Sequence record: KP869111
From: Escherichia coli O157 typing phage 13
DNA: 64,000 nt
Direction: 5' to 3' (one strand)
Both the position numbers and the translations under genes were made by a program. Shown here in pieces: positions 18,449 to 26,286 of this stretch (position 1 is its first letter; each line of letters opens with the position of its first letter). Below the pieces are notes generated by a model. It worked only from the letters and a program-made list of their open reading frames with translations. It did no database searches and had not been told where the DNA came from.

Positions 18449-19443
18449 CATTCCTTAAGAAGTTTTACTACCTGAATAAGATTAGCTCGTTCTGTTTTAT
18501 TTTTACCGTTTAAGCCTGCTAATCGTGAGATTTCATCGTCAGTCTGTTGAATAGTTACATTAAGTTCGTTAATCAAAGCTTCAAAGTATTTGATTTGCTC
18601 AGCATGTTTTGATTCAAATTTCTGAACCGGAATAACGTCTTGGTTCAGTTCATCAATAAGGTCTTTAAGAGCATCTTCTTGGTTGATATCATATTCAACT
18701 TCTTTTATTTCTTCAACGAGCTCGTCTTTATATCTAACGTCTTTTAGTCCTGGAGCTGGTCCTGAAATCTCTTCTTTAAGAGTACAAACATACCCAATAC
18801 GGTATCCAACGCCGTCTCGCTTGATATCAACTTCGTCGATAAATCCACAATGTTTAAGTCCAGAGCCGATTATGTCAAAATATCCTTGACGTCGTCCTTC
18901 AAACGTTACACGAACTACTAAGACGGTTTTGCCACCGACCTTTTGAAGCTCACATTTATAAAAGTTTGTTGAACCTGAATAACATGGATGAGTTTTAAAG
19001 TTCATCTGACGATCTAGGCCCATTTGTAAACGTGCTGTTACGGCCATAAAACGTGTTTGGTTCTCGTTAAGATGAGCAACAATCCATTTCAAAGGCATTT
19101 TACCCTGTTCACGGCCGAACAAATCAGTACGTCCTAGATTACGCAGGATGTTGTTAGAGTTAATCATCGACAGAACGTTAAGTTTATTCAGCGCGCTGAA
19201 GATTCCATCAGCCATTGATTTTCCATAACCTTTACACGCTTTAATAAGTGCTCGCGGCAGATTAGTATAGATTTCAGACGGCATATGAAAATCAAATTTA
19301 CTAGTCAGTAATTGATGAACTTGGATAGCAATTTGCTCATAATTAAGTGCTCTGCGATCGTTATGGTCTTTAAACCATACTTTAATCTGTGAAGCACATA
19401 AACCGTTAATTTCATGTTTTACCGCATCAGATGTAATGCTCAT
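18448..19443 (-). CDS. Hypothetical protein with C-terminal coiled coil (tandem set member 3)
   Basis: 331 aa; GAGGAA Shine-Dalgarno; C-terminal coiled coil KYFEALINELNVTIQQTDDEISRLAGLNGKNKTERANLIQVVKLLKE. Confidence 0.6.
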   Translation of the reverse strand: MSITSDAVKHEINGLCASQIKVWFKDHNDRRALNYEQIAIQVHQLLTSKFDFHMPSEIYTNLPRALIKACKGYGKSMADGIFSALNKLNVLSMINSNNILRNLGRTDLFGREQGKMPLKWIVAHLNENQTRFMAVTARLQMGLDRQMNFKTHPCYSGSTNFYKCELQKVGGKTVLVVRVTFEGRRQGYFDIIGSGLKHCGFIDEVDIKRDGVGYRIGYVCTLKEEISGPAPGLKDVRYKDELVEEIKEVEYDINQEDALKDLIDELNQDVIPVQKFESKHAEQIKYFEALINELNVTIQQTDDEISRLAGLNGKNKTERANLIQVVKLLKE

Positions 19444-19505
19444 AACTATTTCCTCGGATTGAATTGGAACTCAAAACCATTATAACCCGTCCTTGGGTAA
19501 AGCGT

Positions 19506-20033
19506 TTATGCGTGAACCGACTTTAAACGTTCTTCAAATTTCCGAAGAGTACTAATACGTTCTGCTTTCTGTTTTGTATAGTTTGCAATACGTTCTGAAG
19601 TGAGAGCGTATCGTTCGTTTACTGTTTCTTTCATGAAGTCAGGGATTTCACGAGAAGCTTTAATTTCATCAAACTTATCGAGTACTGCCTGGTCTTCAGC
19701 AATTAAATTTTCGTACATCTCGATATCTTTCTTGATGAAGTCGATATCTTCCTGGGTTACTTTGGATAAACGAGATGCTTTATCCTTTTTGTACTGCTCG
19801 TTAGTTTCACGAGACCAGAATAATGTACGTTTTTTGTTAGTGTTTTTGTAGACTTCCACAATTCCAACTGAATCGATGATAACAATCCAATTCCAGCGAG
19901 ATTTGAAAATCTGACCTCCGTCCACGGTAATCTCGTTACCATAAGCAATGTCATTAAAGAACTTACTTTGTGCTTCGGATTTAAATTTACCGTCGTTATA
20001 ATTTACCAGGTTGAAAATATCTTTAGCGTTCAT
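19506..20033 (-). CDS. Hypothetical protein with C-terminal coiled coil
   Basis: 175 aa; GGAGGT Shine-Dalgarno; charged helical C-terminal half. Confidence 0.55.
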   Translation of the reverse strand: MNAKDIFNLVNYNDGKFKSEAQSKFFNDIAYGNEITVDGGQIFKSRWNWIVIIDSVGIVEVYKNTNKKRTLFWSRETNEQYKKDKASRLSKVTQEDIDFIKKDIEMYENLIAEDQAVLDKFDEIKASREIPDFMKETVNERYALTSERIANYTKQKAERISTLRKFEERLKSVHA

Positions 20034-20060
20034 GTTTTACCTCCAGTAGTTGATAGGTCT

Positions 20061-20089
20061 ATAATAACATAACCATAGACCTTGTAAAC
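20061..20089 (-). promoter_or_regulatory. T4-type early promoter with flanking inverted repeat
   Basis: Minus strand GTTTAC (20089-20084), 17-nt spacer, TATTAT (20066-20061); inverted repeat AGGTCTAT/ATAGACCT at 20055-20062 and 20075-20082. Confidence 0.5.
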
Positions 20090-20091
20090 AA

Positions 20092-20379
20092 CTAAAAGAA
20101 ACTTTTTTCGGTATTTTTTCCACTGAACCAAACAGACTTCGGGATTTTTTGTAATTTTTCAGATTTAAGTTTCTCTTCCTGTTCTTTCTTATATACACCC
20201 TTGTCGTACTGGAGCATCTCTATGACATTCTTTTGCAAACGATCTAAGGTAATTAAGGCTTTAGTTTTTCCTTTCAAGGAAGAGTCCTGGCGAACCTCCT
20301 CGCTATATTGCATTGTAGAACTAACCATACGATGAGCATAGAGTTCGACTGCGGCTTTAATTTTTTGCATAAAATCCAT
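20092..20379 (-). CDS. Hypothetical protein
   Basis: 95 aa; strong AAAGAGGA Shine-Dalgarno before ATG at 20379. Confidence 0.5.
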   Translation of the reverse strand: MDFMQKIKAAVELYAHRMVSSTMQYSEEVRQDSSLKGKTKALITLDRLQKNVIEMLQYDKGVYKKEQEEKLKSEKLQKIPKSVWFSGKNTEKSFF

Positions 20380-20517
20380 AACATATCCTCTTTGATTTGT
20401 ACATCATTATTTTTAAATATTTCTATGCCCTCAGTAGGTTCCTGGTGTCCTTCTTTGAGGTAAGCCATATGATTATTCATCTTTATGGCTTTTGTTACCT
20501 CAGAACTTCCTATAAGC

Positions 20518-21498
20518 TTATTTCAGTAAAGTAACTTCCGAGATTTCTTCCCAACCATCTTTATCAGTTGAAATAAAATCTGCTACATAAAGAGCCGTAC
20601 GTAATGATACATTGCGAAGACGAGATACGTTAGCCTTCATCCAGGACAATGCTTTATACGTTTCTGCATCCGTCAGACCACGTTTCTGCATCATGTCAGT
20701 AGATAATATTACATCTTCAACTCGAACCATAATCTCTTCATTAGAGTGTACTCCAAGGTCGAGATACACTGAACGAGATACTAAAGCTTGAAGGTGTGGA
20801 GCAAGTTTCGAACCCCGTTCTAACTCTTTATCGATATCAACGTTTGTAATGAAAACGATAGTACCTTCAAACTCAAATTCTTTATCAATACCCTTATCCT
20901 CGAGATAAGATGACGCAGTGCTCCAACAAACTTTGCGTTTATCTCCGGTATCTAATGCTGCTTTAAGAAGGTTCAGGATGTCCATATCTGAGAATACGTC
21001 AACGTCATCGATTAAGAGAACGCTGTCTTCATCACGGTTGAGCCAAAGTTGTTCGTAAAGGCCAATACCAGAGATTTTACCATTAATGCTTTTGTATTTG
21101 ATGAAACCATTATCATTAGCATTATTAAGTGCTTTATCCAGAGAATACGTCTTACCAATACCAGCTGCACCTGAAATAATGAGTGAACGAATTTTGCCAT
21201 CGATAATGCCATTCGTCATCATGTTCATTACTTTAAAGCGTTTGTTGATACGGGTTTTCATATCTTCAGTGCTTTCAACAACTGCAACTGGTGATGTCTC
21301 AACTCCTTCCATTACGATGTCTGATTTGAAGACCCATACTCCACGTTCAGAACCATCAATCATAACGAAAATTTTACCATCACCTAAGTGGGAACATTCA
21401 GGATTAAGCTTTGCCGGGAACCAGGTCTTTGTGGCAACATAAGAACCAGAGATTTCGTTATTACGATAGATACCTTTTTTGATTTGAACGTTGAACAT
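20518..21498 (-). CDS. Putative AAA+/P-loop ATPase with an N-terminal domain of unknown function
   Basis: Track ORF 20518-21519; ATG at 21498 has a GGAGA Shine-Dalgarno; Walker A ISGAAGIGKTYS, Walker B VLLIDDVDVF, sensor-like IVFITN. Confidence 0.6.
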   Translation of the reverse strand: MFNVQIKKGIYRNNEISGSYVATKTWFPAKLNPECSHLGDGKIFVMIDGSERGVWVFKSDIVMEGVETSPVAVVESTEDMKTRINKRFKVMNMMTNGIIDGKIRSLIISGAAGIGKTYSLDKALNNANDNGFIKYKSINGKISGIGLYEQLWLNRDEDSVLLIDDVDVFSDMDILNLLKAALDTGDKRKVCWSTASSYLEDKGIDKEFEFEGTIVFITNVDIDKELERGSKLAPHLQALVSRSVYLDLGVHSNEEIMVRVEDVILSTDMMQKRGLTDAETYKALSWMKANVSRLRNVSLRTALYVADFISTDKDGWEEISEVTLLK

Positions 21499-21584
21499 TT
21501 TATTCTCCAATTTACTCATTTCGTTTCGATAGGTCTATAGTATCATATCCTAAAAGCATGTACACTACTTTTTAAAAATATTTT

Positions 21585-21611
21585 AACCCCCTAAAGGGAC
21601 CCGAAGGTCCC
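21585..21611 (-). terminator. Terminator-like UUCG-tetraloop hairpin after the secreted-protein gene
   Basis: Minus strand GGGACC-TTCG-GGTCCC followed by TTTAGGGGGTT; immediately 3' of the stop at 21617. Confidence 0.5.
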
Positions 21612-21616
21612 CACAT

Positions 21617-21883
21617 TTACTTATCACACTTAGCAACATAATTAGGCATATCACAGAATACAGAGCGAGTAACTACTCGACCCTTTGACCATGCTTCAGT
21701 TGCTTGTCCGGCCGTGCTATTAATATAGCTTGATTTAATGTTCTCAATACCCTGAGAATGTGATGCATTTACCGAACCGTTAGAAGGCCCAGAAGACTGG
21801 TTACCACCAGCTCCTGCGCCCGTGGTAGCACCAACAGAGAATGCCATCATTACTGCGAATAAACCAATTACTAATTTTTTCAT
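21617..21883 (-). CDS. Small secreted protein (predicted signal peptide)
   Basis: 88 aa; N-terminal MKKLVIGLFAVMMAFSVGA typical signal peptide, then Gly/Ser/Asn-rich linker and a C-terminal region with two Cys. Confidence 0.55.
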   Translation of the reverse strand: MKKLVIGLFAVMMAFSVGATTGAGAGGNQSSGPSNGSVNASHSQGIENIKSSYINSTAGQATEAWSKGRVVTRSVFCDMPNYVAKCDK

Positions 21884-21914
21884 ATTTACCTCAAGTTAAT
21901 GGTTATTTATCTAT

Positions 21915-22904
21915 TTATTTATAGTAAGAATTATGATTTTCGAGATAGACTTGCTCAAGGAAGTCATCCCAGAAACTCATATCTACTTTTTGTTGCATAC
22001 CGTTCTTAGCGGCTTGTTCTGACGCATGTTCAACTTGGTCAACGATATCTTCTAGGAATTCTTGCACAGTTTTAAACGTATGTTTACCAAGCTTAACATC
22101 GAGAATAAATGGAGCATCCTGAAGTGGGTAAACCAGGTCGCCGGTTTTGTAAATTTCCAATAATTGAAGTCCACCACGACATGCATGACTCAATGCTTTC
22201 CAGTCAATACCTTCGTTAGCTTCTGCCTTACGAGCACGTTCGCCATAGTTCTCTTCCAGTTTAACCAGGATGGCATTGAACTCTTTATTGGTTAACGTAT
22301 CTTGGAATTTACGGTCTAACAGATTATAGAATGTTTGCTTACCTGTTTTCTCGTTTTCGGTTTCAACCCATGAAGCAAATTCACCTACAGGCAGAACATT
22401 CTTCATATGTGATAAACGAATTACTGCACCATTATCAAAGTATTGTCCCCATTCATTAGAACGTTTAAGGGCTTGACGAAGAACAGCCAGTCGAGAACCC
22501 TTGACACCGTATTTAGAAGCTTGCTTACGGACATACCCTAAATAAGATTTCATGTTAGTGGTATAGAAACGAGACCTGTTATCTTGAATATACTTCCATA
22601 CATCAGGCAAATCAGATTTAACTACTAGACTTTGTGGAGTGTGAAGCATATCTAATGCGACGGTTTCACCATCTGCAGCTAGTTTAAAGAAATATTTGAG
22701 ACTATATAACTCATGGTCCACGTCGTCTTTTGTGTTCTTAGAAGATGTGTTATTCGTGTTCTTGCTCATGTGTTCTTTAACGTTACCGGTCAAGATATCA
22801 CGAGCATGAGGGACATAAATTTCTTTAAAATCGACGTCAGATTCAGGAGTAGACGTTCCATAAAGGTGGCTACCAAAGTAGCCTTTCATAATTGTTTTCA
22901 TCAT
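21915..22904 (-). CDS. Putative Pol-beta-superfamily nucleotidyltransferase
   Basis: 329 aa; N-terminal GS-x3-GT-x4-SDVD (YFGSHLYGTSTPESDVDF) plus downstream acidic residue (VALDM); start overlaps the stop of the upstream membrane-protein gene (ATGA). Confidence 0.6.
   Translation of the reverse strand: MMKTIMKGYFGSHLYGTSTPESDVDFKEIYVPHARDILTGNVKEHMSKNTNNTSSKNTKDDVDHELYSLKYFFKLAADGETVALDMLHTPQSLVVKSDLPDVWKYIQDNRSRFYTTNMKSYLGYVRKQASKYGVKGSRLAVLRQALKRSNEWGQYFDNGAVIRLSHMKNVLPVGEFASWVETENEKTGKQTFYNLLDRKFQDTLTNKEFNAILVKLEENYGERARKAEANEGIDWKALSHACRGGLQLLEIYKTGDLVYPLQDAPFILDVKLGKHTFKTVQEFLEDIVDQVEHASEQAAKNGMQQKVDMSFWDDFLEQVYLENHNSYYK
21916..21923 (-). promoter_or_regulatory. Late promoter-like TATAAATA upstream of the secreted-protein gene
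   Basis: Exact TATAAATA on the minus strand overlapping the last codons of the nucleotidyltransferase gene, 33 nt upstream of the ATG at 21883. Confidence 0.45.
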
Positions 22905-23374
22905 TTAGCCTTATATTCAAGAGTAGGACAGACTTTTTCTTTACGAGCTTTAAGGTATTCGCCTATTAATGATTTCTTACGTTCAATAGGCTCAAGTCCA
23001 TTTTTAATTCGTTCTTGGTTTTGCGCAATGAGCTCAATTTCTTTATAATATTTTCTGTCGTTATATTTGTCTAACAACCAAGACGGACCAATTACCAACC
23101 CGGTAGCAATAAAAGCCATGACTGCTACAATTAAAATGCCTACACCAATTGAGGCTGGAACTAATGTCCATAGACTGCTAAAAACAAAGAATTTAGTTAA
23201 AATTTCCTGGCCAATGATTGTGACTGCTGCTAAAATCGCAAATCCAATAATTGAAACAGCCAATACCGGGATTAACGTTTTCCAAAAATAAGCACACAAC
23301 GTTTTCGGACGATTCCATGTACTATTGAACGCGGCATAAATTTTAAAGTGCCAAGAGTTTTCATTGATAATCAT
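22901..23374 (-). CDS. Hypothetical membrane protein (about 3 transmembrane helices)
   Basis: 157 aa; hydrophobic segments LIPVLAVSIIGFAILAAVTII, FFVFSSLWTLVPASIGVGILIVAVMAFIATGLVI; AAGGA Shine-Dalgarno. Confidence 0.55.
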   Translation of the reverse strand: MIINENSWHFKIYAAFNSTWNRPKTLCAYFWKTLIPVLAVSIIGFAILAAVTIIGQEILTKFFVFSSLWTLVPASIGVGILIVAVMAFIATGLVIGPSWLLDKYNDRKYYKEIELIAQNQERIKNGLEPIERKKSLIGEYLKARKEKVCPTLEYKAK

Positions 23375-23383
23375 AATAATTCC

Positions 23384-23914
23384 TTATTTCAAAGTTGGGA
23401 TAATAGAATCGAGATAAGCTTTAAGAGCAACTGCTTCATCTTTGTCTAATGTAACGATATGTTGACGAAGGTCATCAATTTGACGAATAACTACAACATC
23501 GCCATCTTCATAAGAAGGATTAACGCCTAGGACCGTTGTATAGTCAGGGCGGTCCTGATTTGTAATAAAAGCATTACGGCATTTAGCCCATTGAAGTTTG
23601 GCCTTTTTGGCTATTTCAGATTCCATTAATTCTTTCACCTTAGTGACGAATGTTTTCCAATTATTGATAGAAAGGCATTCATCTTCTGTTTCGATATTAA
23701 CCCCACTATAAAGACCGTGATAAAAACGAACTTGAAGGTCTTCATCGATGTTAATTACAGATGCATGGCCTGGCGGATTGAGTTTCAAAATCTTGTCCAG
23801 TTCCATAGGAAGAATAGTAACAGAATCATCTTCTTGTGTCAGAACGTAAGCATAACCACGTTTTTCGATACATAAATCACCAAACAACTCGGTTGTTTCA
23901 ATTACAATTTTCAT
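23384..23914 (-). CDS. Hypothetical protein
   Basis: Track ORF starts with TTG at 23926; ATG at 23914 gives 176 aa (MKIVIETTELFGDL...). Confidence 0.55.
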   Translation of the reverse strand: MKIVIETTELFGDLCIEKRGYAYVLTQEDDSVTILPMELDKILKLNPPGHASVINIDEDLQVRFYHGLYSGVNIETEDECLSINNWKTFVTKVKELMESEIAKKAKLQWAKCRNAFITNQDRPDYTTVLGVNPSYEDGDVVVIRQIDDLRQHIVTLDKDEAVALKAYLDSIIPTLK

Positions 23915-23915
23915 A

Positions 23916-24095
23916 TTATTCACCAATTAAAGTTTCAACAAAATTCACCAAAGCATTCTGGCACGCATCAACCTGATTTTCATAAAAGTCTCCGTTATCA
24001 TTTACCGCGTGATAAGCTACATCATTCAAATCTGAATCGGCTTCACGTAGGTCACGGATAAGGTCCATCAATTTATTAGCTTGTTCACGGGTCAT
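23916..24095 (-). CDS. Small acidic protein, 58 aa (not in ORF track)
   Basis: Hand-translated MTREQANKLMDLIRDLREADSDLNDVAYHAVNDNGDFYENQVDACQNALVNFVETLIGE; ATG overlaps the stop of the upstream small ORF (ATGA). Confidence 0.35.
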   Translation of the reverse strand: MTREQANKLMDLIRDLREADSDLNDVAYHAVNDNGDFYENQVDACQNALVNFVETLIGE

Positions 24096-24202
24096 TTTAC
24101 CATACTCGTTTCAATAAGATTCACTATGCCGTTTACCATGTTATAAGTAAACATCGGATAATTGTATTGTACTACAACATAAGCGATAAGCAAAAGTTTC
24201 AT
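24092..24202 (-). CDS. Small hydrophobic peptide, 37 aa (not in ORF track)
   Basis: Hand-translated MKLLLIAYVVVQYNYPMFTYNMVNGIVNLIETSMVK; GGAGA Shine-Dalgarno 5 nt upstream; first ORF after the early promoter at 24231-24260. Confidence 0.3.
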   Translation of the reverse strand: MKLLLIAYVVVQYNYPMFTYNMVNGIVNLIETSMVK

Positions 24203-24230
24203 TTTGTTCTCCGTTTGTTTTGGTAGGACT

Positions 24231-24260
24231 ACTATAACATAGTCCTACCAAGATGTAAAC
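24231..24260 (-). promoter_or_regulatory. T4-type early promoter inside a palindromic cassette
   Basis: Minus strand GTTTAC (24260-24255), 18-nt spacer, TATAGT (24236-24231); 10-bp inverted repeat GGTAGGACTA/TAGTCCTACC spans 24222-24249; cassette near-identical to 34476-34512. Confidence 0.6.
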
Positions 24261-24466
24261 TACCGATTGTGTTTTAAATGTTGATAAAGTTCTTCAACTT
24301 GTTTTGGGTCTAAAACAATTAGGTCATTTTCTTGGCGAAGATAAATCCATCCCTTATCCCCAGGACCATTTTTACAAAACATTGCCACCATATCATCATC
24401 TTCAGCGCTTTCAGGTAAAAGTTCAAGCACACCGTCTTCAGATTTTCTAGTATAATCGTAAAGCAT
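24260..24466 (-). CDS. Hypothetical small acidic protein
   Basis: Track ORF 24260-24493; ATG at 24466 has a GAGGA Shine-Dalgarno; 68 aa. Confidence 0.45.
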   Translation of the reverse strand: MLYDYTRKSEDGVLELLPESAEDDDMVAMFCKNGPGDKGWIYLRQENDLIVLDPKQVEELYQHLKHNR

Positions 24467-24473
24467 AATATCC

Positions 24474-24653
24474 TCACATAATCTCGTTAACATACATTTG
24501 CAATTCAGTGTGGGCGTCGGCCATCTTTTTCATAGCTCTGTTAATGTCGATGTCTCCATCTTCGCACCCATGAGCATTTTCCCAATCAGATACCGCATTA
24601 GCATACTCTTCAATCAAAAACATCAACTTAGAAATCTTTTCTTTACGTGTCAT
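24474..24653 (-). CDS. Small protein, 59 aa (not in ORF track)
   Basis: Hand-translated MTRKEKISKLMFLIEEYANAVSDWENAHGCEDGDIDINRAMKKMADAHTELQMYVNEIM; GGAGA Shine-Dalgarno; follows the promoter at 24681-24709. Confidence 0.4.
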   Translation of the reverse strand: MTRKEKISKLMFLIEEYANAVSDWENAHGCEDGDIDINRAMKKMADAHTELQMYVNEIM

Positions 24654-24680
24654 AGCGTTCTCCTATAGTAAGTAAGGACT

Positions 24681-24709
24681 ACTATAACACAACCTGAGGA
24701 GAAGTAAAC
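24681..24709 (-). promoter_or_regulatory. T4-type early promoter with anti-Shine-Dalgarno inverted repeat
   Basis: Minus strand GTTTAC (24709-24704), 17-nt spacer, TATAGT (24686-24681); 7-bp inverted repeat TTCTCCT (24658-24664) / AGGAGAA (24697-24703), one arm being the Shine-Dalgarno of the 59-aa ORF. Confidence 0.55.
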
Positions 24710-24715
24710 TGATAG

Positions 24716-24748
24716 ATGCCAAAAAGCCCCAACCATAAGGAAGGGGCT
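24716..24748 (-). terminator. Rho-independent terminator after rI
   Basis: Minus strand AGCCCC-(12 nt loop)-GGGGCT followed by TTTTTG. Confidence 0.6.
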
Positions 24749-24754
24749 AGTAAA

Positions 24755-25057
24755 TTAGATAGATGTAGGCTCTAATTTTATTTTCATGAACTCGGCAAAT
24801 TGTCTGGCAGTTTTTATGCCTTGTTCATGACATTCAAATGCATCATCACAGGGACTATTTTTGTAATGCTTTGCCATATACTTATAGAATTTTTCAGAAT
24901 TCTCGACATTTTGAATTTCAAACAAAGTATATACGTTTTTAATCCCTGATTCCATAAAGTTATCAAAATATGGGTCGATATATGCAGTACCAACGATAGG
25001 AGTTGTTGCTGCAAAAAACCCCAGCATCGCCATGACAGCTATCGCTCTTAAGGCCAT
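24755..25057 (-). CDS. rI: Lysis inhibition regulator rI (membrane-anchored periplasmic protein)
   Basis: 100 aa; signal-anchor then DPYFDNFMESGIKNVYTLFE...CDDAFEC, matching recalled T4 RI (97 aa); AGGAGG Shine-Dalgarno. Confidence 0.8.
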   Translation of the reverse strand: MALRAIAVMAMLGFFAATTPIVGTAYIDPYFDNFMESGIKNVYTLFEIQNVENSEKFYKYMAKHYKNSPCDDAFECHEQGIKTARQFAEFMKIKLEPTSI

Positions 25058-25069
25058 ATAGGCCTCCTG

Positions 25070-25282
25070 TTAATTTTGGCCAGTATTTATTTTTCGCCTT
25101 TGGACGGCCTTAACATCTGTGAGGTATTTTTCCAGCTTGCGCTTGCGTGTATAATCAGCTTTAGAACCAGTTTGACGGATATCCTCGTTTAAATGAGAAA
25201 TAGAATGTCCTAATTCTCTTCGGATTTCATCCAATTGGGTTACAGTAAGATTACGAAGTTGTCTTTCGTTTAATTGCTGCAT
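25070..25282 (-). CDS. Hypothetical protein
   Basis: 70 aa; AAGAGGT Shine-Dalgarno; basic helical composition. Confidence 0.5.
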   Translation of the reverse strand: MQQLNERQLRNLTVTQLDEIRRELGHSISHLNEDIRQTGSKADYTRKRKLEKYLTDVKAVQRRKINTGQN

Positions 25283-25309
25283 ATATACCTCTTGGTTAGA
25301 TATTAGTAT

Positions 25310-25891
25310 TTATAACAACCCTGTCAAATCATTCCAATGCTTCCGGCATAATGACACGTATCTATCGGTATCACCAATTTCAATTTGACTGCCATCTGTA
25401 ATTGGAAGTCCGTCTTCCGTGACTCTAGCTACCATTGTGGCCTTTTTACCGCAATGACAGACACCTTTAAGTTCAACAAGCTTATCGGCAATAGCCATTA
25501 ATGCTTGAGAACCTTCAAATAGATTACCTTTAAAATCTGTTCGTAGTCCATATGCCATTACTGGCACATTGTATACGTCAACAATACGACTAAGTTGATA
25601 CACCTTTTCAGTAGTTAAGAACTGAGCTTCGTCAACAAATACACAGTGAATATCCTTTTGTGCTGCAGCCCATTTATAGAATTCAAAGATATCCATGTCT
25701 TTTGTAATTATATTGGCATCCTGACGAATACCAATACGAGAGACTATTTCACCTTTTGAATCACGAGTATCAATAGCCGGTTTAAGAACTAATACACCCA
25801 TGCCACGTTCTTTATAGTTATGTGCGGCAGTAAGTAATGAAGAAGACTTACCAGCGTTCATAGCGGCATATGTAAAAATTAAACTAGCCAT
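25310..25891 (-). CDS. tk: Thymidine kinase
   Basis: 193 aa, same as T4 Tk; P-loop MNAGKSSSLL and C-terminal Zn-binding cysteines CHCGKKA...CRKHW; matches recalled T4 Tk. Confidence 0.93.
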   Translation of the reverse strand: MASLIFTYAAMNAGKSSSLLTAAHNYKERGMGVLVLKPAIDTRDSKGEIVSRIGIRQDANIITKDMDIFEFYKWAAAQKDIHCVFVDEAQFLTTEKVYQLSRIVDVYNVPVMAYGLRTDFKGNLFEGSQALMAIADKLVELKGVCHCGKKATMVARVTEDGLPITDGSQIEIGDTDRYVSLCRKHWNDLTGLL

Positions 25892-25900
25892 AAGAGTCCC

Positions 25901-26083
25901 TTATAGTGAATTCACGTAGTCAATGAGTTCTTGTTCTTTCCTGTCAAATGATTCCAACAATGCTTGATATTCTTCATCTGTTAAAGGAGCATATTCATCG
26001 TACGCATTGGTGGCTGCTTGCTCATCCAATAGGTCATGGATAAGTTCGAATAGTTTAGCTTTCTCTTCTTTAGTTAATTTCAT
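25901..26083 (-). CDS. Hypothetical small acidic protein (T4 tk.1 position)
   Basis: 60 aa ORF immediately upstream of tk. Confidence 0.45.
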   Translation of the reverse strand: MKLTKEEKAKLFELIHDLLDEQAATNAYDEYAPLTDEEYQALLESFDRKEQELIDYVNSL

Positions 26084-26286
26084 TTAGGTTCACCTTCTTT
26101 AACGAAATCTGGGTAAGGGTAAAATCCTGAGTAAAACCCTTCACCTTTATGATTGCTACAACCTTTGTTCGAACAGTAACACCAATAATCAAAATCACAA
26201 GCCATTTCGTCATTGCATAAAGCAAAAACTACAGGCCATTCGCATTTTTCGCATTTAGCACCTGTAAGAATTTTTGTTTGACTCAT
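26080..26286 (-). CDS. Hypothetical cysteine-rich small protein
   Basis: Track ORF starts with TTG; ATG at 26286 overlaps upstream stop; 10 Cys in 68 aa (CEKCEW...CNDEMACDFDYWCYCSNKGC). Confidence 0.45.
   Translation of the reverse strand: MSQTKILTGAKCEKCEWPVVFALCNDEMACDFDYWCYCSNKGCSNHKGEGFYSGFYPYPDFVKEGEPK

Noticed and set aside
20274-20480. 68-aa ORF overlapping the start of the 95-aa ORF at 20092-20379
   Set aside because: The 95-aa ORF has a strong AAAGAGGA Shine-Dalgarno whereas this frame has none; retained only as a low-probability alternative.
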